Shown here one piece after another: positions 26,401-38,400 of a stretch of DNA of 39,595 nt; position 1 is the stretch's first letter; every line of letters begins with the position of its first letter. This DNA comes from Utricularia gibba (lineage: Eukaryota; Plantae; Magnoliophyta), in assembly GCA_002189035.1 (NCBI GenBank), contig NEEC01000121.1:1-39595 (forward strand), given 5' to 3'. The translations under genes were made by a program, and so were the position numbers. The notes under the pieces are model-generated. The model was not told the origin of the DNA and made no database searches. It saw only the letters and a program-made list of their open reading frames with translations.

Positions 26401-29400
26401 ATCGACGCGAATGTCATTTCATGCATGCAAAAAAAAATGCATTTCATTGGACGATGTTAAATTTCGGATTTCGAGGCGATCCGTTACAGTGCCGTCCAAC
26501 CACACCTCATGATGGCCTCGTGCACTGTTTGGTATCTCGTCGATATCTTGCAAACCGTAGTGAGTCACGCTTTGCTTGATATAGCGTTTCGAAGCTCGCT
26601 CCGAGCCGGTCGAATTTCGTGTTCAAAGTTTCTCCATCCGACGAACCGTTACAGCTCGTATTTTTGCCTGATAATAGCCCACACTTGTGCCACAAAGTGG
26701 CCACCACGTACGCGACAATGCGACTGAGGACACCGCAATCGACGCGAATGTCATTTCATGCATGCAAACAAATGCATTTCATTCGACGATGTTAAATTTC
26801 GGATTTCGAGGATCCGTTACAGTGCCGGTCCAACCCACACCTCATGATGGCCTCGTGCACTGCTTGGTATCTCGTCGATATCTTGCAAACCGTAGTGAGT
26901 CACGCTTTGCTTGATATAGCGTTACGAAGCTCGCTCCGAGCCGGTCGAATTTCGTGTTCAAAGTTTCCATCCGACGAACCGTTACAGCTCGTATTTTTGC
27001 CTGATAATAGCCCACACTTGTGCCACAAAGTGGCCACCACGTACGCGACAATGCGACTGAGGGCAATCGACGCGAATGTCATTTCATGCATGCAAAAAAA
27101 AATGCATTTCATTCGACGATGTTAAATTTCGGATTTCGAGGCGATCCGTTACAGTGCCTCGTCCAACCCACACCTCATGATGGCCTCGTGCTTGGTATCT
27201 CGTCGATATCTTGCAAACCGTAGTGAGTCACGCTTTGCTTGATATAGCGTTTCGAAGCTCGCTCCGAGCCGGTCGAATTTCGTGTTCAAAGTTTCTCCAT
27301 CCGACGAACCGTTACAGCTCGTATTTTTGCCTGATAATAGCCCACACTTGTGCCACAAAGTGGCCACCACGTACGCGACAATGCGACTGAGGACACCGCA
27401 ATCGACGCGAATGTCATTTCATGCATGCAAAACAAATGCATTTCATTCGACGATGTTAAATTTCGGATTTCGAGGCGATCCGTTACAGTGCCTCAGGTGC
27501 GGTCCAACCCACACCTCATGATGGCCTCGTGCACTGCTTGGTATCTCGTCGATATCTTGCAAACCGTAGTGAGTCACGCTTTGCTTGATATAGCGTTACG
27601 AAGCTCGCTCCGAGCCGGTCGAATTTCGTGTTCAAAGTTTCTCCATCCGACGAACCGTTACAGCTCGTATTTTTGCCTGATAATAGCCCACACTTGTGCC
27701 ACAAAGTGGCCACCACGTACGCGACAATGCGACTGAGGACACCGCAATCGACGCGAATGTCATTTCATGCATGCAAAACAAATGCATTTCATTGGACGAT
27801 GTTAAATTTCGGATTTCGAGGCGATCCGTTACAGTGCCTCAGTGGTCCAACCCACACCTCATGATGGCCTCGTGCATTGGTATCTCGTCGATATCTTGCA
27901 AACCGTAGTGAGTCACGCTTTGCTTGATATAGCGTTTCGAAGCTCGCTCCGAGCCGGTCGAATTTCGTGTTCAAAGTTTCTCCATCCGACGAACCGTTAC
28001 AGCTCGTATTTTTGCCTGATAATAGCCCACACTTGTGCCACAAAGTGGCCACCACGTACGCGACAATGCGACTGAGGACACCGCAATCGACGCGAATGTC
28101 ATTTCATGCATGCAAAACAAATGCATTTCATTCGACGATGTTAAATTTCGGATTTCGAGGCGATCCGTTACAGTGCCTCTGTCCAACCCACACCTCATGA
28201 TGGCCTCGTGCATTGTTTGGTATCTCGTCGATATCTTGCAAACCGTAGTGAGTCACGCTTTGCTTGATATAGCGTTACGAAGCTCGCTCCGAGCCGGTCG
28301 AATTTCGTGTTCAAAGTTTCTCCATCCGACGAACCGTTACAGCTCGTATTTTTGCCTGATAATAGCCCACACTTGTGCCACAAAGTGGCCACCACGTACG
28401 CGACAATGCGACTGAGGACACGCAATCGACGCGAATGTCATTTCATGCATGCAAAACAAATGCATTTCATTCGACGATGTTAAATTTCGGATTTCGAGGC
28501 GATCCGTTACAGTGCCTCAGGTGCGGTCCAACCCACACCTCATGATGGCTCGTGCACTGCTTGGTATCTCGTCGATATCTTGCAAACCGTAGTGAGTCAC
28601 GCTTTGCTTGATATAGCGTTACGAAGCTCGCTCCGAGCCGGTCGAATTTCGTGTTCAAAGTTTCTCCATCCGACGAACCGTTACAGCTCGTATTTTTGCC
28701 TGATAATAGCCCACACTTGTGCCACAAAGTGGCCACCACGTACGCGACAATGCGACTGAGGACACCGCAATCGACGCGAATGTCATTTCATGCATGCAAA
28801 ACAAATGCATTTCATTCGACGATGTTAAATTTCGGATTTCGAGGCGATCCGTTACAGTGCCTCAGGTCGGTCCAACCCACACCTCATGATGGCCTCGTGC
28901 ACTTGGTATCTCGTCGATATCTTACAAACCGTAGTGAGTCACGCTTTGCTTGATATAGCGTTTACGAAGCTCGCTCCGAGCCGGTCGAATTTCGTGTTCA
29001 AAGTTTCTCCATCCGACGAACCGTTACAGCTCGTATTTTTGCCTGATAATAGCCCACACTTGTGCCACAAAGTGGGTACGCGACAATGCGACTGAGGAAC
29101 CGCAATCGACGCGAATGTCATTTCATGCATGCAAAAAAATGCATTTCATTCGACGATGTTAAATTTCGGATTTCGAGGCGATCCGTTACAGTGCCTCGTC
29201 CAACCACACCTCATGATGGCCTCGTGCATTTGGTATCGTCGATATCTTGCAAACCGTAGTGAGTCACGCTTTGCTTGATATAGCGTTCGAAGCTCGCTCC
29301 GAGCCGGTCGAATTTCGTGTTCAAAGTTTCCATCCGACGAACCGTTACAGCTCGTATTTTTGCCTGATAATAGCCCACACTTGTGCCACAAAGTGGCCAC

Positions 29401-32400
29401 CACGTACGCGACAATGCGACTGAGGACACCGCAATCGACGCGAATGTCATTTCATGCATGCAAAACAAATGCATTTCATTCGACGATGTTAAATTTCGGA
29501 TTTCGAGGCGATCCGTTACAGTGCCTCAGGTCCAACCCACACCTCATGATGGCCTCGTGCACTGTTGGTATCTCGTCGATATCTTACAAACCGTAGTGAG
29601 TCACGCTTTGCTTGATATAGCGTTACGAAGCTCGCTCCGAGCCGGTCGAATTTCGTGTTCAAAGTTTCTCCATCCGACGAACCGCAGCTCGTATTTTTGC
29701 CTGATAATAGCCCACACTTGTGCCACAAAGTGGCCACCACGTACGCGACAATGCGACTGAGGACACCGCAATCGACGCGAATGTCATTTCATGCATGCAA
29801 AACAAATGCATTTCATTCGACGATGTTAAATTTCGGATTTCGAGGCGATCCGTTACAGTGCCTCGTCCAACACACCTCATGATGGCCTCGTGCATGGTAT
29901 CTCGTCGATATCTTGAGTGAGTTTGCTTGATATAGCGTTTCGAAGCTCGCTCCGAGCCGGTCGAATTTCGTGTTCAAAGTTTCCATCCGACGAACCGTTA
30001 CAGCTCGTATTTTTGCCTGATAATAGCCCACACTTGTGCCACAAAGTGGCCACCACGTACGCGACAATGCGACTGAGGACACCGCAATCGACGCGAATGT
30101 CATTTCATGCATGCAAATGCATTTCATTTGTTAAATTTCGGATTTCGAGGCGATCCGTTACAGTGCCTCAGGTTCGGTCCAACCCAACCTCATGATGGCC
30201 TCGTGCACTGCTTGGTATCTCGTCGATATCTTGCAAACCGTAGTGAGTCACGCTTTGCTTGATATAGCGTTACGAAGCTCGCTCCGAGCCGGTCGAATTT
30301 CGTGTTCAAAGTTTCTCCATCCGACGAACCGTTACAGCTCGTATTTTTGCCTGATAATAGCCCACACTTGTGCCACAAAGTGGCCACCACGTACGCGACA
30401 ATGCGACTGAGGACACCGCAATCGACGCGAATGTCATTTCATGCATGCAAAACAAATGCATTTCATTCGACGATGTTAAATTTCGGATTTCGAGGCGATC
30501 CGTTACAGTGCCTCAGGTGGTCCAACCCACACCTCATGATGGCCTCGTGCACTGCTTGGTATCTCGTCGATATCCAAACCGTAGTGAGTCACGCTTTGCT
30601 TGATATAGCGTTCGAAGCTCGCTCCGAGTCGAATTTCGTGTTCAAAGTTTCTCCATCCGACGAACCGTTACAGCTCGTATTTTTGCCTGATAATAGCCCA
30701 CACTTGTGCCACAAAGTGGCCACCACGTACGCGACAATGCGACTGAGGACACCGCAATCGACGCGAATGTCATTTCATGCATGCAAAACAATGCATTTCA
30801 TTCGACGATGTTAAATTTCGGATTTCGAGGCGATCCGTTACAGTGCCTCCGGTCCAACACACCTCATGATGGCCTCGTGCACCTTGGTATCTCGTCGATA
30901 TCTTGCAAACCGTAGTGAGTTTGCTTGATATAGCGTTACGAAGCTCGCTCCGAGCCGGTCGAATTTCGTGTTCAAAGTTTCTCCATCCGACGAACCGTTA
31001 CAGCTCGTATTTTTGCCTGATAATAGCCCACACTTGTGCCACAAAGTGGCCACCACGTACGCGACAATGCGACTGAGGACACCGCAATCGACGCGAATGT
31101 CATTTCATGCATGCAAAACAAATGCATTTCATTGACGATGTTAAATTTCGGATTTCGAGGCGATCCGTTACAGTGCCTCAGTCCAACCCACACCTCATGA
31201 TGGCCTCGTGCACTGCTTGGTATCTCGTCGATATCTTACAAACCGTAGTGAGTCACGCTTTGCTTGATATAGCGTTACGAAGCTCGCTCCGAGCCGGTCG
31301 AATTTCGTGTTCAAAGTTTCTCCATCCGACGAACCGTTACAGCTCGTATTTTTGCCTGATAATAGCCCACACTTGTGCCACAAAGTGGCCACCACGTACG
31401 CGACAATGCGACTGAGGACACCGCAATCGACGCGAATGTCATTTCATGCATGCAAAACAAATGCATTTCATTCGACGATGTTAAATTTCGGATTTCGAGG
31501 CGATCCGTTACAGTGCCTCAGGTGGTCCAACCCACACCTCATGATGGCCTCGCACTGCTTGGTATCTCGTCGATATCTTACAAACCGTAGTGAGTCACGC
31601 TTTGCTTGATATAGCGTTACGAAGCTCGCTCCGAGCCGGTCGAATTTCGTGTTCAAAGTTTCTCCATCCGACGAACCGTTACAGCTCGTATTTTTGCCTG
31701 ATAATAGCCCACACTTGTGCCACAAAGTGGCCACCACGTACGCGACAATGCGACTGAGGACACCGCAATCGACGCGAATGTCATTTCATGCATGCAAAAC
31801 AAATGCATTTCATTCGACGATGTTAAATTTCGGATTTCGAGGCGATCCGTTACAGTGCCTCGGTGTGGTCCAACCCACACCTCATGATGGCCTCGTGCAT
31901 TGGTATCTCGTCGATATCTTGAAACCAGTGAGTTTGCTTGATATAGCGTTTCGAAGCTCGCTCCGAGCCGGTCGAATTTCGTGTTCAAAGTTTCCATCCG
32001 ACGAACCGTTACAGCTCGTATTTTTGCCTGATAATAGCCCACACTTGTGCCACAAAGTGGCCACCACGTACGCGACAATGCGACTGAGGACACCGCAATC
32101 GACGCGAATGTCATTTCATGCATGCAAAACAAATGCATTTCATTCGACGATGTTAAATTTCGGATTTCGAGGCGATCCGTTACAGTGCCTCAGGTCCAAC
32201 CCACACCTCATGATGGCCTCGTGCACTGCTTGGTATCTCGTCGATATCTTGCAAACCGTAGTGAGTCACGCTTTGCTTGATATAGCGTTACGAAGCTCGC
32301 TCCGAGCCGGTCGAATTTCGTGTTCAAAGTTTCTCCATCCGACGAACCGTTACAGCTCGTATTTTTGCCTGATAATAGCCCACACTTGTGCCACAAAGTG

Positions 32401-35400
32401 GCCACCACGTACGCGACAATGCGACTGAGGACACCGCAATCGACGCGAATGTCATTTCATGCATGCAAAACAAATGCATTTCATTCGACGATGTTAAATT
32501 TCGGATTTCGAGGCGATCCGTTACAGTGCCTCGGTCCAACCACACCTCATGATGGCCTCGTGCACCGTTTGGATCTCGTCGATATCTTGAAAACCGTAGT
32601 GAGTCACGCTTTGCTTGATATAGCGTTTCGAAGCTCGCTCCGAGCCGGTCGAATTTCGTGTTCAAAGTTTCCATCCGACGAACCGTTACAGCTCGTATTT
32701 TTGCCTGATAATAGCCCACACTTGTGCCACAAAGTGGCCACCACGTACGCGACAATGCGACTGAGGACACCGCAATCGACGCGAATGTCATTTCATGCAT
32801 GCAAAACAAATGCATTTCATTCGACGATGTTAAATTTCGGATTTCGAGGCGATCCGTTACAGTGCCTCAGGTTGGTCCAACCCACACCTCATGATGGCCT
32901 CGTGCACTGCTTGGTATCTCGTCGATATCTTACAAACCGTAGTGAGTCACGCTTTGCTTGATATAGCGTTACGAAGCTCGCTCCGAGCCGGTCGAATTTC
33001 GTGTTCAAAGTTTCTCCATCCGACGAACCGTTACAGCTCGTATTTTTGCCTGATAATAGCCCACACTTGTGCCACAAAGTGGCCACCACGTACGCGACAA
33101 TGCGACTGAGGACACCGCAATCGACGCGAATGTCATTTCATGCATGCAAAAACAAATGCATTTCATTCGACGATGTTAAATTTCGGATTTCGAGGCGATC
33201 CGTTACAGTGCCTCGGGTGTGGTCCAACCCACACCTCATGATGGCCTCGTGCATTTTGGTATCTCGTCGATATCTTGCAAACCATAGTGAGTCACGCTTG
33301 CTTGATATAGCGTTTCGAAGCTCGCTCCGAGCCGGTCGAATTTCGTGTTCAAAGTTTCCATCCGACGAACCGTTACAGCTCGTATTTTTGCCTGATAATA
33401 GCCCACACTTGTGCCACAAGTGGCCACCACGTACGCGACAATGCGACTGAGGACACCGCAATCGACGCGAATGTCATTTCATGCATGCAAAACAAATGCA
33501 TTTCATTCGACGATGTTAAATTTCGGATTTCGAGGCGATCCGTTACAGTGCCTCAGGTGGTCCAACCCACACCTCATGATGGCCTCGTGCACTGCTTGGT
33601 ATCTCGTCGATATCTTGCAAACCGTAGTGAGTCACGCTTTGCTTGATATAGCGTTACGAAGCTCGCTCCGAGCCGGTCGAATTTCGTGTTCAAAGTTTCT
33701 CCATCCGACGAACCGTTACAGCTCGTATTTTTGCCTGATAATAGCCCACACTTGTGCCACAAAGTGGCCACCACGTACGCGACAATGCGACTGAGGACAC
33801 CGCAATCGACGCGAATGTCATTTCATGCATGCAAAACAAATGCATTTCATTGGACGATGTTAAATTTCGGATTTCGAGGCGATCCGTTACAGTGCCTCAG
33901 GTGGTCCAACCCACACCTCATGATGGCCTCGTGCACTGCTTGGTATCTCGTCGATATCTTACAAACCGTAGTGAGTCACGCTTTGCTTGATATAGCGTTA
34001 CGAAGCTCGCTCCGAGCCGGTCGAATTTCGTGTTCAAAGTTTCTCCATCCGACGAACCGTTACAGCTCGTATTTTTGCCTGATAATAGCCCACACTTGTG
34101 CCACAAAGTGGCCACCACGTACGCGACAATGCGACTGAGGACACCGCAATCGACGCGAATGTCATTTCATGCATGCAAAACAAATGCATTTCATTCGACG
34201 ATGTTAAATTTCGGATTTCGAGGCGATCCGTTACAGTGCCTCGGGTGGTTGCACACCTCATGATGCCTCGTGCACCGTTTGGTATCTCGTCGATATCTTG
34301 CAAACCGTAGTGAGTCACGCTTTGCTTGATATAGCGTTTCGAAGCTCGCTCCGAGCCGGTCGAATTTCGTGTTCAAAGTTTTCCATCCGACGAACCGTTA
34401 CAGCTCGTATTTTTGCCTGATAATAGCCCACACTTGTGCCACAAAGTGGCCACCACGTACGCGACAATGCGACTGAGGACACCGCAATCGACGCGAATGT
34501 CATTTCATGCATGCAAAACAAATGCATTTCATTGGACGATGTTAAATTTCGGATTTCGAGGCGATCCGTTACAGTGCCTCAGGTCGGTCCAACCCACACC
34601 TCATGATGGCCTCGTGCACTGCTTGGTATCTCGTCGATATCTTACAAACCGTAGTGAGTCACGCTTTTGATATAGCGTTACGAAGCTCGCTCCGAGGTCG
34701 AATTTCGTGTTCAAAGTTTCTCCATCCGACGAACCGTTACAGCTCGTATTTTTGCCTGATAATAGCCCACACTTGTGCCACAAAGTGGCCACCACGTACG
34801 ACAATGCGACTGAGGACACCGCAATCGACGCGAATGTCATTTCATGCATGCAAAACAAATGCATTTCATTCGACGATGTTAAATTTCGGATTTCGAGGCG
34901 ATCCGTTACAGTGCCTCAGGTGGTCCAACCCACACCTCATGATGGCCTCGTGCACTGCTTGGTATCTCGTCGATATCTTGCAAACCGTAGTGAGTCACGC
35001 TTTGCTTGATATAGCGTTACGAAGCTCGCTCCGAGCCGGTCGAATTTCGTGTTCAAAGTTTCTCCATCCGACGAACCGTTACAGCTCGTATTTTTGCCTG
35101 ATAATAGCCCACACTTGTGCCACAAAGTGGCCACCACGTACGACAATGCGACTGAGGACACCGCAATCGACGCGAATGTCATTTCATGCATGCAAAACAA
35201 ATGCATTTCATTCGACGATGTTAAATTTCGGATTTCGAGGCGATCCGTTACAGTGCCTCGTCCAACCCACACCTCATGATGGCCTCGTGCACTGTTTGGT
35301 ATCTCGTCGATATCTTTTAGTGAGTCCTTTGCTTGATATAGCGTTTCGAAGCTCGCTCCGAGCCGGTCGAATTTCGTGTTCAAAGTTTTCCATCCGACGA

Positions 35401-38400
35401 ACCGTTACAGCTCGTATTTTTGCCTGATAATAGCCCACACTGTGCCACAAAGTGGCCACCACGTACGCGACAATGCGACTGAGGACACCGCAATCGACGC
35501 GAATGTCATTTCATGCATGCAAACAAATGCATTTCATTCGACGATGTTAAATTTCGGATTTCGAGGCGATCCGTTACAGTGCCTCAGGTTCGGTCCAACC
35601 CACACCTCATGATGGCCTCGTGCACTGCTTGGTATCTCGTCGATATCTTACAAACCGTAGTGAGTCACGCTTTGCTTGATATAGCGTTACGAAGCTCGCT
35701 CCGAGCCGGTCGAATTTGTGTTCAAAGTTTCTCCATCCGACGAACCGTTACAGCTCGTATTTTTGCCTGATAATAGCCCACACTTGTGCCACAAAGTGGC
35801 CACCACGTACGCGACAATGCGACTGAGGACACCGCAATCGACGCGAATGTCATTTCATGCATGCAAAACAAATGCATTTCATTCGACGATGTTAAATTTC
35901 GGATTTCGAGGCGATCCGTTACAGTGCCTCGGGTGTGGTCCAATGCACACCTCATGATGGCCTCGTGCACCGTTTGGTATCTCGTCGATATCTTGCAAAC
36001 CGTAGTGAGTCACGCTTGCTTGATATAGCGTTTCGAAGCTCGCTCGAGCCGGTCGAATTTCGTGTTCAAAGTTTCCATCCGACGAACCGTTACAGCTCGT
36101 ATTTTTGCCTGATAATAGCCCACACTTGTGCCACAAAGTGGCCACCACGTACGCGACAATGCGACTGAGGACACCACAATCGACGCGAATGTCATTTCAT
36201 GCATGCAAAACAAATGCATTTCATTCGACGATGTTAAATTTCGGATTTCGAGGCGATCCGTTACAGTGCCTCAGTCCAACCCACACCTCATGATGGCCTC
36301 GTGCACTGCTTGGTATCTCGTCGATATCTTTAGTGAGTCACGCTTTGCTTGATATAGCGTTACGAAGCTCGCTCCGAGCCGGTCGAATTTCGTGTTCAAA
36401 GTTTCTCCATCCGACGAACCGTTACAGCTCGTATTTTGCCTGATAATAGCCCACACTTGTGCCACAAAGTGGCCACCACGTACGCGACAATGCGACTGAG
36501 GACACCGCAATCGACGCGAATGTCATTTCATGCATGCAAAACAAATGCATTTCATTCGCGATGTTAAATTTCGGATTTCGAATCCGTTACAGTGGTCCAA
36601 TCTCATGATGGCCTCGTGCATCGATATCTTGAAAACCGTAGTGAGTCACGCTATGCTTGATATAGCATTTCGAAGCTCGCTCCGAGCCGGTCGAATTTGT
36701 GTTCAAAGTTTCGCATCCGACGAACCGTTACAGCTCGTATTTTTGCCTGATAATAGCCCACACTTGTGCACAAAGTGGCCACCACGTACGCGACAATGCG
36801 ACTGAGGACACCACAATCGACGCGAATGTCATTTCATGCATGCAAAACAAATGCATTTCATTGGACGATGTTAAATTTCGGATTTCGAGGCAATCCGTTA
36901 CAGTGCCTTCATGATGGCCTCGTGCATCTCGTCGATATCTTGCAAACCGTAGTGAGTCACGCTTTGCTTGATATAGCGTTACGAAGCTCGCTCCGAGCGG
37001 TCGAATTTCGTGTTAAGTTTCCATCGACGAACCGTTACAGCTCGTATTTTTGCCTGATAATAGCCCACACTTGTGCCACAAACACGTACGCGACAATGCG
37101 ACACAATCGACGCGAATGTCATTTCATGCATGCAAAAAAAATGCATTTCAGACGATGTTAAATTTCGGATTTCGAGGCGATCCGTTACAGTGCCTCGTCC
37201 AACCCACACCTCATGATGGCCTCGTGCATTGTTTGGTATCTCGTCGATATCTTGCAAACCGTAGTGAGTCACGCTTTGCTTGATATAGCGTTTCGAAGCT
37301 CGCTCCAGCCGGTCGAATTTCGTGTTCAAAGTTTCTCCATCCGACGAACCGTTACAGCTCGTATTTTTGCCTGATAATAGCCCACACTTGTCCCACAAAG
37401 TGGCCACCACGTACGCGACAATGCGACTGAGGACACCACAATCGACGCGAATGTCATTTCATGCATGCAAAACTAATGCATTTCATTCGACGATGTTAAA
37501 TTTCGGATTTCGAGGCGATCCGTTACAGTGCCTCAGGTGCGTCCAACCCACACCTCATGATGGCCTCGTGCACTGCTTGGTATCTCGTCGATATCTTACA
37601 AACCGTAGTGAGTCACGCTTTGCTTGATATAGCGTTACGAAGCTCGCTCCGAGCCGGTCGAATTTCGTGTTCAAAGTTTCCATCCGACGAACCGTTACAG
37701 CTCGTATTTTTGCCTGATAATAGCCCACACTTGTGCCACAAAGTGGCCACCACGTACGCGACAATGCGACTTACCGCAATCGACGCGAATGTCATTTCAT
37801 GCATGCAAAAAAAATGCATTTCATTGACGATGTTAAATTTCGGATTTCGAGGCGATCCGTTACAGTGCCTCGGTCCAACCCACACCTCATGATGGCCTCG
37901 TGCAGGTATCTCGTCGATATCTTGCAAACCGTAGTGAGTCACGCTTTGCTTGATATAGCGTTTCGAAGCTCGCTAGCCGGTCGAATTTCGTGTTCAAAGT
38001 TTCTCCATCCGACGAACCGTTACAGCTCGTATTTTTGCCTGATAATAGCCCACACTTGTGCCACAAAGTGGCCACCACGTACGCGACAATGCGACTGAGG
38101 ACACCACAACGACGCGAATGTCATTTCATGCATGCAAAACAAATGCATTTCATTCGACGATGTTAAATTTCGGATTTCGAGGCGATCCGTTACAGTGCCT
38201 CGTCCAACCCACACCTCATGATGGCCTCGTGCTTGGTATCTCGTCGATATCTTGCAAACCGTAGTGAGTCACGCTTTGCTTGATATAGCGTTACGAAGCT
38301 CGCTCCGAGCCGGTCGAATTTCGTGTTCAAAGTTTCTCCATCCGACGAACCGTTACAGCTCGTATTTTTGCCTGATAATAGCCCACACTTGTGCCACAAA

